64,000 bases of DNA from a bacterium. GTDB taxonomy: Bacteria > Actinomycetota > Acidimicrobiia > Spongiisociales > ZC4RG35. Positions 9,463-18,417 of the stretch are shown in pieces; position 1 is the stretch's first letter, and each line of letters begins with the position of its first letter. The notes beneath the pieces are model-generated. The model did no database searches. It saw nothing but the letters and a program-made list of their open reading frames with translations, and was not told the origin of the DNA. The stretch covers positions 4,732 through 68,731 of the forward strand of contig JAPPFC010000051.1 in assembly GCA_028824015.1 (NCBI GenBank), given 5' to 3'. The translations under genes were made by a program, and so were the position numbers.

Positions 9463-11427
9463 CTAAGAAGGAACAGTGCTTCCCTGATCCCCTTCTTGGG
9501 GTTGTTTGAGATGGCTGCCGTGCCAGGCCAGGATGTACTCGAAGCGTTCCACGCGGTGGCGGGGCGCCCCGCTGCGGCTCAGTTCGTGGCCTTCGTTGGG
9601 GAAGCGAATCATCTCGACATCGATCCCTTTTCGGAGCAGAGCCGCAAATAGCTGCTCGGCCTGCCCGATCGGGCAGCGCAGGTCGTTCTCGGAGTGGATG
9701 ATGAGGGTGGGGGTGTCGATGCGCCGGGCCGCGGGGAGGGGACTGGCTTCCCACAGGGCCTCGTGGTCCCAGGCTGTCGCCGGGTGCAGGTACAACCCCG
9801 AGAAGTCACGGTTGATGTCGGAGGTCCCCGCGAAAGACTCCCAATCGATCAGGGCCCTTTCCACCACCGCCGACCGGTAGCGATCATCGCGGGCGATCGT
9901 CCAGGCGGTGAGGAACCCCCCGTAGGAGCCACCCATGATTCCCAGGCGGGAGGGGTCGAGGCGTGAGTCCCGTCTCATAGCCTCGTCGAGGACTGCCGTT
10001 ACGTCCTCGATGTCGACCTCACCCCATCCGGGGCCTATCACCGCCCGAAGCCACTCGAGGCCCCGTCCCTCCGAGCCGCGGGGATTGGCGGCGACCACCG
10101 CGTAGCCCGCCGACGCGTAGACCTGGAACTCGTCGAAGAAGTAGAAGCCGTACTCCGAGGCCGGGCCTCCGTGGATGTTGAGGAGCACCGGGAAGGGACC
10201 CTCGCCGTCGGGCACGTACACCCATGTGTCCACATCGATTCCGGGAGCGCTCTCCGCCTGGAAGAAAGTGGGACTCACCAATCCGCCGCCCGAGCGGATC
10301 TCCTGGTTGAAATCGGTGAGGGCGCGCTCTGTCCCGTCGGGAGTCCGCTCGAACAGTTCCCCCGGGCTCAGGGGATCTGAGGCGGTGAAGGCGAGCCGCC
10401 CTTCCGATGACCTGGACAGGCCGGTGATGTAGCGGTCGCCGCCCAGCACTGTTGTCCTGTTCCCTTCACCGTCGAAGGCGACTACATGACCGCGGCCCCG
10501 ATCGGTCGTGCTGCAAAGAAAGCCCTCCTCCAGCCACACCGGTCTCTCCAAGGCGCTGGCTATGGCCAGACCGCTGATGCTCCGGTCCATGTGCCCGGTG
10601 AGGTCCACCGGCGGGTCGTCGAGACGCCACAAAGAGAAGACGTAGGGGTAGTCGGTGGTCGGCGCGCCTATCCCGTAGAGGGCGCCGGAAGGGTCATAGT
10701 CAGCCATGTAGTAGCCTGCGCGCCTGGCTCGCAGGGTCTCGGCGCCGCTTTCGGTGTCCACTTCCACCACCTCGGCGCCGCGTTCGAGGGACCGCGGGTT
10801 GTCGCGACTGGTGACCATGGCCACCTTGCCGCCGTCCGGCGACCAGGCCAAGCCAGATTCGTTCTCCTCTCCGCTGCCCACTCTCCGGGGCTCGGTTTCG
10901 CCATCAGGATCCACCAGATAGGCGTAGGTGCGCCGGTCATGCAGCCAGCCTCGGTTGTCCAGTCGCGCATCGAAGCCGGTTATGCGCCTGGGGCGCCGGG
11001 CCCGTTCTTCCTTGTCGAGGTCCGCCCACTCCCCGAACCACTCCGTCGCCAGTACCAGCAGACGCGAGCCGTCGGGCGACCAGAGCGGCGCCTGCACTCC
11101 CAGTTCGAATGAAGTGATGACCCGGGCCTCGCCGCCGTCCGCCGGCATGATCGCCAACTGGGTGGGGTCGGTGCGTTCAGGTCCCTTCCTCACGAGGGCC
11201 AGTGACCCGCCGTCGGGCGACCAACGGGGCGCCGAGTCGCCATCTCCGAAGGTGATCTGGCGCGCCTCGCCGTCCCAGAGCCACAGTGACGACCGGTACC
11301 GGTCCTCGTCGAGGTCGATGGTGGTCACCACGAACGCGATTCGGCGACCATCAGGATGTATCTGGGGATCTGACACGGAAGTGAGGAGGGAGAGGTCGGA
11401 CGGCTGCATCGGGATCGAGCCTAACAA
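9463..11427 (-). CDS. S9-family serine peptidase (prolyl oligopeptidase / acylaminoacyl-peptidase type)
   Basis: N-terminal beta-propeller repeats (SPDG motifs). The C-terminal alpha/beta-hydrolase domain carries the nucleophile GGSYGGF, plus D and H downstream. Start uncertain (TTG 11427 or ATG 11409). Confidence 0.85.
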   Translation of the reverse strand: MLGSIPMQPSDLSLLTSVSDPQIHPDGRRIAFVVTTIDLDEDRYRSSLWLWDGEARQITFGDGDSAPRWSPDGGSLALVRKGPERTDPTQLAIMPADGGEARVITSFELGVQAPLWSPDGSRLLVLATEWFGEWADLDKEERARRPRRITGFDARLDNRGWLHDRRTYAYLVDPDGETEPRRVGSGEENESGLAWSPDGGKVAMVTSRDNPRSLERGAEVVEVDTESGAETLRARRAGYYMADYDPSGALYGIGAPTTDYPYVFSLWRLDDPPVDLTGHMDRSISGLAIASALERPVWLEEGFLCSTTDRGRGHVVAFDGEGNRTTVLGGDRYITGLSRSSEGRLAFTASDPLSPGELFERTPDGTERALTDFNQEIRSGGGLVSPTFFQAESAPGIDVDTWVYVPDGEGPFPVLLNIHGGPASEYGFYFFDEFQVYASAGYAVVAANPRGSEGRGLEWLRAVIGPGWGEVDIEDVTAVLDEAMRRDSRLDPSRLGIMGGSYGGFLTAWTIARDDRYRSAVVERALIDWESFAGTSDINRDFSGLYLHPATAWDHEALWEASPLPAARRIDTPTLIIHSENDLRCPIGQAEQLFAALLRKGIDVEMIRFPNEGHELSRSGAPRHRVERFEYILAWHGSHLKQPQEGDQGSTVPS

Positions 11428-11513
11428 CGGTTGGGGTCTATGGCGGGCCGGTATTCTTGGTCGTATTCGTAGGCACCGGTGAGGGCTTCGAGCCCGGACG
11501 GGGAAGGAGCGCC

Positions 11514-13106
11514 TTGCAGTACGGCTTTGTCATCGACCAGACGGCGTGTATCGGTTGTCACGCCTGCACGGTGGCGTGCAAGACCGAGCATGATGTGCCG
11601 TTGGGGGTGAACCGCACCTGGGTGAAGTACATCGAGTCGGGGACCTGGCCCGACACCAAGCGGGCCTTCTCGGTGTTGCGTTGCAATCACTGCTCGGATG
11701 CTCCCTGCGTCTCGATCTGCCCGACCGGCGCCCTGTTCCGCCGCGACGACGGGATCGTCGACTTCGACACCAGCCTGTGCATCGGCTGCAAGAGTTGCAT
11801 GCAGGCCTGCCCCTACGACGCGCTCTATATCGACCCCCTGGACAACACCGCCCAGAAGTGCAACTACTGCGTTCATCGCGTAGAGGTGGGACTGGAACCG
11901 GCCTGCGTGGTGGTATGCCCCGAAGGCGCCATCATCTCGGGAGACCTCAACGATCCGACCACACCCATTTCCCGCTTTTTCCAGGACCACCTGGTCGGGG
12001 ACGACCAACTCCTCCAGCGGTCTCCCGAGCAACGCACCCGGCCCAACCTTTGGTACAAGGGAGTTGACAAGGCCGCCATCGACCCCTTGGGCGCCGTCGA
12101 CCCGGGGGACGGGGGAATCTGGGGTGACCCTGCGCCGTCGTTCATGACCGTCGACCTGACGCCATCGACGACCGGGAGCGGCAACGGGAGGAAGCAACCT
12201 CCGCCCTCTTCCAATGGACAGTCCGACGGTCCCCCCAGGGTCGTCTACAACACCGACCACCCGATGCCGTGGGGATGGCGGGTGTCGAGTTACTTTCTCA
12301 CCAAGGGGATCTCGGCGGGAATCGTCATGGCCCTGGCGTTGGCGCTCCTGTTCGGAGCCGACTCCCAGAGCGCCTTCGCCCGGTGGGGCGCTCCTCTCAT
12401 ATCCGGGTTCTTCCTGGCGCTCACCGGCTTGCTGCTGGTGGCGGACCTCAAGCGCCCCGACCGGTTCCATTACATCCTGACGAAGGGCAATCCGGGCTCC
12501 TGGCTGGTGAAGGGCGCCTGGATTCTCTCTGCCCATGCGGTGATCCTCGGGTTATGGTTCCTATCCGGTTTGGCCGGGGCGGGTTTCGTCCCGGTGCTGA
12601 TCTGGGCATCGGCCGCGCTCGGCCTGGGCGTGGCCGGCTACACCGCTTTCCTGTTCGGCCAGGCGGAGGGTCGCGACCTCTGGCAGAGCCCCACGCTCCT
12701 CTGGCACATGGTGGCCGGTGCGTTGGCGGTGGGGGGTGGATCGGGACTGCTGTGCGCTGGGATCTTCGATCTCGGAGAATCGTCGCGTCGGGCGTTCGCC
12801 TGGGCGCTCGTGGCTGGAGCGGCGGCGCTGGCCGTAGTCACCGCCATCGAGTTCTTCTCTCGGCACCCGACCTCCAACCACGCGGCGGGCATGCATCACC
12901 TGACAAAGGGAGCCCACGCCACCGAGTGGTGGCTGGGAGGGCACCTAATCGGCGTGGTGGCGCCCCTGGTGCTGGGAGCGGTTTTCCTGGCCGGGGCGGG
13001 TGTTCCCTTCTGGCTGTCGCAACTGGGAGGGTTGGCGGCCTTGATCGGCATATGGTTCGCAGACGACGCGTTCGTCAGGGCCGGCCAGAGCGTACCCCTA
13101 TCGTGA
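11514..13106 (+). CDS. Fused 4x[4Fe-4S] ferredoxin subunit and NrfD/PsrC-type membrane anchor of a molybdopterin oxidoreductase
   Basis: Four Cys clusters: CIGCHACTVAC, CNHCSDAPCVSICP, CIGCKSCMQACP and CNYC..CVVVCP. A roughly 60-aa low-complexity linker follows, then about 8 TM helices starting WGWRVSSYFLTKGISAG (NrfD-like). TTG 11514 is preceded by GGAAGGAG. The track start at 11457 is an alternative. Confidence 0.8.
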   Translation: MQYGFVIDQTACIGCHACTVACKTEHDVPLGVNRTWVKYIESGTWPDTKRAFSVLRCNHCSDAPCVSICPTGALFRRDDGIVDFDTSLCIGCKSCMQACPYDALYIDPLDNTAQKCNYCVHRVEVGLEPACVVVCPEGAIISGDLNDPTTPISRFFQDHLVGDDQLLQRSPEQRTRPNLWYKGVDKAAIDPLGAVDPGDGGIWGDPAPSFMTVDLTPSTTGSGNGRKQPPPSSNGQSDGPPRVVYNTDHPMPWGWRVSSYFLTKGISAGIVMALALALLFGADSQSAFARWGAPLISGFFLALTGLLLVADLKRPDRFHYILTKGNPGSWLVKGAWILSAHAVILGLWFLSGLAGAGFVPVLIWASAALGLGVAGYTAFLFGQAEGRDLWQSPTLLWHMVAGALAVGGGSGLLCAGIFDLGESSRRAFAWALVAGAAALAVVTAIEFFSRHPTSNHAAGMHHLTKGAHATEWWLGGHLIGVVAPLVLGAVFLAGAGVPFWLSQLGGLAALIGIWFADDAFVRAGQSVPLS

Positions 13107-13128
13107 AAGAGAGTAGAGGTCCGAGGAG

Positions 13129-15873
13129 ATGACCCAGACGCCGGATCAGCCGCCTTCCGACCGTGTTCCACGCCTGGTTCCCGGGACGGGCCTGGTGTCC
13201 TTTCCGCCCGCGGAGCGCTGGGATGACTGGGAGGAGTATGACGCCAAGGCTTGGCCCGAGCGGGTCAAGCGTCGCTACCGGCTGGTGCCGACCACCTGTT
13301 TCAACTGCGAAGCCGGTTGCGGGTTGCTGGCCTATGTCGACAAGGACAACGGCCAGGTACGGCGTTTTGAAGGCAACCCCGAGCATCCTGGGTCGAGGGG
13401 TCGCAACTGCGCCAAGGGCCCTGCGACCCTCAACCAGATGTACGACCCGGAGCGGATCCTCCACCCGCTGAGAAGGGCCGGGCCGCGTGGGGAGGGGCAC
13501 TGGGAACAGGTCTCTTGGGAGGAGGCGCTCGAGGACATAGCATCGCGAATCCGCCGGGCGCTTGTAGAGGACCGTCACGACGAGATCATGTACCACGTGG
13601 GACGACCCGGCGAAGACGGCTTCATCGACCGCATCCTGCGTTCCTGGGGGGTGGACGGGCACAACAGCCACACCAATATCTGCTCCTCAGGGGCCCGCAC
13701 CGGCTACGCCATGTGGATGGGCTACGACCGCCCCTCCGCGGATTTCGCCAACGCCCGGTTCATCCTGCTGCTGTCGGCCCAACTCGAGTCCGGCCATTAC
13801 TTCAATCCCCACGCTCAGCGGATCATCGAGGCTCGCCAGCGGGGAGGGAAGGTGGCGACCATCGATCCGCGCCTCTCCAACACCGCGTCGATGTCCGATT
13901 ACTGGCTGTCGCCCTGGCCCGGCACCGAGGCGGCCATGTTGCTGGCGGTGGCGTCCCGGCTGCTGGAGTGGGACGCAGTCGATCACGACTTCATGCGACG
14001 CTGGGTCAACTGGGAGGCGTCGCTCCGGGCGCGGGCGCCCGAGAGGCCCCGCACGTACGAGAGCTTCGTGGAACTGCTGCGGGAGACCTACGCGCCCTAC
14101 ACCATCGACTTCGCCGCAGAGGAGGCCGGCGTCGACGCCTGGCGCATCGAGGCTGTCGCCCGGGGCATCGCCGAGGCCGGCTCCCGCTTCGCCTCCCACA
14201 CCTGGAGGGCGGCCGGATCGGGCAACCTGGGGGGCTGGCAGGTGGCTCGTTGCCTCTTCTTCCTGCACGTGCTGACCGGATCGGTGGGGACCCAGGGCGG
14301 CACCTCCCCGAGTGCCTGGGACAAGTTCAAGCCCGATCACTGGAACACCCCTCCTCCCGCCAACCGATGGAACGAACTGATCTGGCCGGGCGAGTTCCCC
14401 CTCAGCCATTACGAGATGAGCTACCTCCTGCCTCACTTCCTGAAAGAGGGCAGGGGGCGCTTGGAGGTGTACTTCACCCGGGTGTACAACCCCGTGTGGA
14501 CCAACCCCGACGGGTTCACCTGGATCGAGGCCCTCTCCGATCCCGAGCGGGTCGGCCTCCACGTGGCGCTTACTCCCACCTGGTCCGAGTCGGCGTGGTT
14601 CGCCGACTACGTATTGCCCATGGGGGTAGGCGCCGAGCGGCACGACACCCATTCGTACGAGACCCACGCGGCTCGCTGGCTCGGGTTCCGCCAGCCCGTG
14701 CTCCGGGTGGCAGGTGAGCGGGAAGGACGCCGGTACCAACGCACCTACGAGGCCAACCCGGGTGAGGTGTGGGAGGAGAGCGAGTTCTGGATAGACCTGT
14801 CGTGGCGGATCGATCCAGACGGGTCGTTGGGGATCAGGCAGTGGTACGAGTCGCCGAACGACCCTTCCCGCCCGGTCAGCGTCGACGAGTACTACGGGTG
14901 GATGTTCGACAACTCGGTCCCGGGACTGCCTGATGCGGCCGACGTCGAAGGCCTCACGCCCCTGGAGTACATGCGGAAGTACGGCGCTTTCGAGATCGAC
15001 CGGGATCGTTATCTGCTGAACGAGAATGCGGCGCAGGAGGGCGAACCGGGCGTGGAGGTCGACGGGGAGCGCAAGACCGGCTTCACGTCCCCGTCCCGTC
15101 TTCTCGAATGGCACTCGGAGACCCTGGTGGACTGGGACTGGGCCGATGCGGCCATTCCCACCTACCTCAAGTCCCATGTCCACTGGCGGGACCTGGACCT
15201 GGAGGGCTCCGAGCGCATCCTGCTCCCCATATTCCGGCTCCCCACTCTGATCCATACACGCTCGGGCAACGCCAAGTACCTGTACGAGATAAGCCACGGC
15301 CACCCGCTGTGGATAAACCCGGTAGACGCCGACCAACTCGGGTTCGACACCGGGGACCTGATCCGGATCAGCACCGACATCGGTTACTTCGTCATGAGGG
15401 CCTGGCGCACCGAAGGCCTCCGTCCCGGAGTGGTGGCGGCCTCCCATCACATGGGTCGGTGGCGCCTGGACCGGGAGATGGGGAACGAGCGCTGGTCTTC
15501 GGCGCTGGTCGATATCGGACGCCGCGAGGGCGGGTGGCTTCTCAGGCACCGGTCGGGCATCGAGCCGTTCCGCTCGGAGGATCCCGACAGCGAGCGCATC
15601 TGGTGGCGGGACCCGGGAGTGCACCAGAACCTGGCCTTCCCGGTGCACCCCGATCCGGTGTCGGGCATGCACGCCTGGCACCAGCGGGTCCGCCTGACCC
15701 ACGCTGACCCGGCGGACCGGTACGGGGACGTCTTCGTCGACACCGAGCTATCCCACCGGATCTACCGCGAGTGGATGGACCGCACCCGTCCCGGCCCGGG
15801 ACCCGGGGGTCTCCGCCGTCCCCGCTGGCTCACCAGGCCCCTCCCGCCCCTTCCCGAGGCCTACCAGGTCTGA
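13129..15873 (+). CDS. Molybdopterin (Mo-bisPGD) oxidoreductase catalytic subunit, Psr/Phs/Ttr-like, no Tat signal
   Basis: 914 aa. FS0 motif CFNCEAGCG...CAKG. A likely Cys Mo-ligand sits in HTNICSSGAR. The N-terminal 55 aa lack an RRxFLK motif and a hydrophobic h-region. Confidence 0.85.
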   Translation: MTQTPDQPPSDRVPRLVPGTGLVSFPPAERWDDWEEYDAKAWPERVKRRYRLVPTTCFNCEAGCGLLAYVDKDNGQVRRFEGNPEHPGSRGRNCAKGPATLNQMYDPERILHPLRRAGPRGEGHWEQVSWEEALEDIASRIRRALVEDRHDEIMYHVGRPGEDGFIDRILRSWGVDGHNSHTNICSSGARTGYAMWMGYDRPSADFANARFILLLSAQLESGHYFNPHAQRIIEARQRGGKVATIDPRLSNTASMSDYWLSPWPGTEAAMLLAVASRLLEWDAVDHDFMRRWVNWEASLRARAPERPRTYESFVELLRETYAPYTIDFAAEEAGVDAWRIEAVARGIAEAGSRFASHTWRAAGSGNLGGWQVARCLFFLHVLTGSVGTQGGTSPSAWDKFKPDHWNTPPPANRWNELIWPGEFPLSHYEMSYLLPHFLKEGRGRLEVYFTRVYNPVWTNPDGFTWIEALSDPERVGLHVALTPTWSESAWFADYVLPMGVGAERHDTHSYETHAARWLGFRQPVLRVAGEREGRRYQRTYEANPGEVWEESEFWIDLSWRIDPDGSLGIRQWYESPNDPSRPVSVDEYYGWMFDNSVPGLPDAADVEGLTPLEYMRKYGAFEIDRDRYLLNENAAQEGEPGVEVDGERKTGFTSPSRLLEWHSETLVDWDWADAAIPTYLKSHVHWRDLDLEGSERILLPIFRLPTLIHTRSGNAKYLYEISHGHPLWINPVDADQLGFDTGDLIRISTDIGYFVMRAWRTEGLRPGVVAASHHMGRWRLDREMGNERWSSALVDIGRREGGWLLRHRSGIEPFRSEDPDSERIWWRDPGVHQNLAFPVHPDPVSGMHAWHQRVRLTHADPADRYGDVFVDTELSHRIYREWMDRTRPGPGPGGLRRPRWLTRPLPPLPEAYQV

Positions 15874-16046
15874 GAACCCACGGTCTTGCCGTCCGGGGAT
15901 ATGCGCCGCTGGAAGTTTCTAACTCGATCCGCCTACATTGGTGCTTATGACATTCCCTGGCCCTATCCGGAGCACCGGCGATTGACGATCAGGAGCGATT
16001 AGAGGCCATCGCCCACGGCCTTTCCATCGGGGGCGCCCGATGGCAT

Positions 16047-16406
16047 GTGTTCCTCTGCGCCGGCCAGAGCAATCCGCGCTGTGCTCCTCGTGAGGAGACC
16101 GACCAGCTGTGGCTCCACCTGAAGAGACGCTGCAAGCAGTTGGGGCTCACCTCGGCGCCTCCCCGTTGGTCGAGGAATCCCCGATTGGAAGCCCAGCCCG
16201 AATCGCCCGGCGACGGCATGGTGTTGAGAAGCAAAGTGGACTGCCTGAGGGTCTGCGAGCAAGGCCCGGTGATGGTGGTCTATCCCGAAGGGGTCTGGTA
16301 CCGAGCGGTCACCCCTGAGGTGCTCGATCTGATCATCGAACAGCATCTGATCGGCGGCCGCGTCGTGGAGGAGTACGCCTTCGTCCAGGCGCCCTTGGTT
16401 TCGTAG
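16047..16406 (+). CDS. Thioredoxin-like [2Fe-2S] ferredoxin family protein
   Basis: HVFLCAGQSNPRCAP...CLRVCEQGPVMVVYPEGVWYRAVTPEVLDLIIEQHLIGGRVVEEYAF matches the family pattern (four Cys). The family-like sequence continues upstream of the GTG (ERLEAIAHGLSIGGARW), so the true start is probably 5' of 16047. Confidence 0.65.
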   Translation: MFLCAGQSNPRCAPREETDQLWLHLKRRCKQLGLTSAPPRWSRNPRLEAQPESPGDGMVLRSKVDCLRVCEQGPVMVVYPEGVWYRAVTPEVLDLIIEQHLIGGRVVEEYAFVQAPLVS

Positions 16407-16597
16407 GTTTGGGCTACTGTCGCTGGTAGCGGGTGGCCTTCTCATTCCTCAACCTACTGGCGGTTACCGGGCCATCATCGACCATTGCTCGTTCCAAGGG
16501 GGATTCTGTTGCGTTGCGGCGGTTTTTATTGCAACAAAACAAATTGGAAGTCGGTCAAAGCCCACAAGGCCTCGTAATACCGAGACACGGTTAGTCG

Positions 16598-18118
16598 TCA
16601 GACCCCCGGATTTCCATTGCCTGGAAGCCGAACAGTCCACTCGTGGCCTCGCGGACTGAGCAGGCGCTCCGCCTCCTGTGGACCCCAGGAACCGGCCTGA
16701 TAGGGGTATGGATTGATCCCTGCCTCGAGTACGGGGGTGTAGAGGCGCCAGGCTTCTTCGGCTTCATCGGACCGGACGAACAAGGTCCGGTCCCCGGTCA
16801 TGACGTCGTAGAGGAGCGTTTCGTAGGCGTCGGGAAGAATTCCGAAAGCCTCTTCGTAGGCGAAGGCCAGGGACTTGGTGTCCAACTGGGGAGTGCCCGA
16901 GGGCTTCTGAACGTCGAAAAACAGGTCGAATCCCTCGTGCGGCTGGAGTTTGAAATAGAGCACGTTGCCCTGGTGGCGGCTCCGTTCGAAAGACTTGAAG
17001 AGTGCCACCGGCGGTTCGCGGAAAGTCACCGCGATCTGGGTGAGGCGGCCGCCCAAGCGTTTGCCGGTGCGAAGGTAGAAGGGGACGCCCTGCCACCGCC
17101 AACTGTCGATGAACACCCGGAGAGCGGCGTAGGTGGGAGTGTTGGAACCACTGCTCACTCCCTTCTCGTCCAGATACCCCGCCACCCGTCTTCCATTCAC
17201 TCGCCCCGGGGCGTATTGACCGAGCACCACGTCGTCGGGGCTGATGGGCCGGATGGACTGGAGCACCTTGACCTTCTCATCCCGGATGGCCTCGGCGTCG
17301 AAGGAGACCGGGGGTTCCATCCCCACCAGACTGAGTAACTGGGTCAGGTGGTTCTGGACCATGTCTCGCAAGGCGCCCGATCGATCGTAGTAGCCGGCGC
17401 GACTGCCTATCCCGACGGATTCGGCCACTGTGATCTGGACGTTGTCGATGCGATCCCGGTTCCAGACCGACTCGAAGAGGGGATTGGCCAGCCGGAAGAC
17501 CAGCAGGTTCTGCACCGTCGCCTTCCCCAGATAATGGTCGATGCGGTAGATCTGGGGCTCGTCGAAACACCCATGGAGCATGGCGTTCAGCCCAACCGCC
17601 GATTCGAGGTCGACGCCGAATGGCTTCTCGACCACCAAACGGGTCCATCCCGCGCTGTGGGTCAGACCCGATGCTCCCAGGGCCTCGACCGTCGGGCCCA
17701 GGGCGGATGGCGGTAGGGCCAGGTAGAAGATACGGTTGCCCCCCAGACCGTGCGCGGCCTCGATGCGTTCGATCCGGCGCCGGAGGGCGTCGAACGCCTC
17801 CGGCCCTCCATCGGCGATCGACTGGTAGTACAGGACCTGGTCGCACCACTCGGCCGGATCGGCATAGGGCTCGCCAAGTTGTGTCTGCCTGGGAGAGATG
17901 CCTTCGACGGACGCTCGGGTAAGGGACTTGAAACCCTCGTCATCCATTTGTGATCGCGCCACGCCCAGGATGAGGAACCTATCGCTCATTTGGTATTGCC
18001 AAACCAGGTGATAGAGGGCGGGGGCCAGTTTCTGGCGATAGAGATCGCCCGTGGCGCCGAAGACCACCAGCAGGTGGCGATCCACCGCCCGGGCGCCCAC
18101 AACGGGCAAGGGCTCCAC
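16598..18118 (-). CDS. zwf: Glucose-6-phosphate 1-dehydrogenase
   Basis: VVFGATGDLYRQKLAPALY, EKPFG and the RIDHYLGK signature. 506 aa. Confidence 0.9.
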   Translation of the reverse strand: MEPLPVVGARAVDRHLLVVFGATGDLYRQKLAPALYHLVWQYQMSDRFLILGVARSQMDDEGFKSLTRASVEGISPRQTQLGEPYADPAEWCDQVLYYQSIADGGPEAFDALRRRIERIEAAHGLGGNRIFYLALPPSALGPTVEALGASGLTHSAGWTRLVVEKPFGVDLESAVGLNAMLHGCFDEPQIYRIDHYLGKATVQNLLVFRLANPLFESVWNRDRIDNVQITVAESVGIGSRAGYYDRSGALRDMVQNHLTQLLSLVGMEPPVSFDAEAIRDEKVKVLQSIRPISPDDVVLGQYAPGRVNGRRVAGYLDEKGVSSGSNTPTYAALRVFIDSWRWQGVPFYLRTGKRLGGRLTQIAVTFREPPVALFKSFERSRHQGNVLYFKLQPHEGFDLFFDVQKPSGTPQLDTKSLAFAYEEAFGILPDAYETLLYDVMTGDRTLFVRSDEAEEAWRLYTPVLEAGINPYPYQAGSWGPQEAERLLSPRGHEWTVRLPGNGNPGV

Positions 18119-18417
18119 TAGCCGCGGCTTTCAGTGACGGTTTTCATCTCTGGAATGAAACCCAGATGTGAGTCGTGCATGGTCTGGCGCCTCCTGAATC
18201 CCGGGGAGCGTCCCCACCTCGCACATGGTAGAAGCCGGTGTGCACCACCTGGGAACGGGTTGATGGGCCGCGGTTGGGCTCAAACGGCGCTTGCAGCAAT
18301 ACGGGCGATACATCTAACTATATCCAGTGCAGGCGGTTCGCCCCGTGTGCTCGCGTCGGCCAAACCCAGGGGAGGCCACTCATCTGCGGGGAGGGGTGGG
18401 CGGTACCGTTAGGTTCC

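Noticed and set aside
13687-15702. 671-aa ORF on the minus strand
   Set aside because: It lies entirely antisense to the molybdopterin subunit gene. Its composition is dominated by R/G/P/H/V with no recognisable motifs. This is a typical shadow ORF of GC-rich DNA.
16507-16536. Hairpin tgttgc...gcaaca with an internal T-run between the convergent ferredoxin and zwf genes (possible bidirectional terminator)
   Set aside because: The stem is only 6 bp with an 18-nt loop, and the T-run lies inside the loop rather than after the stem.
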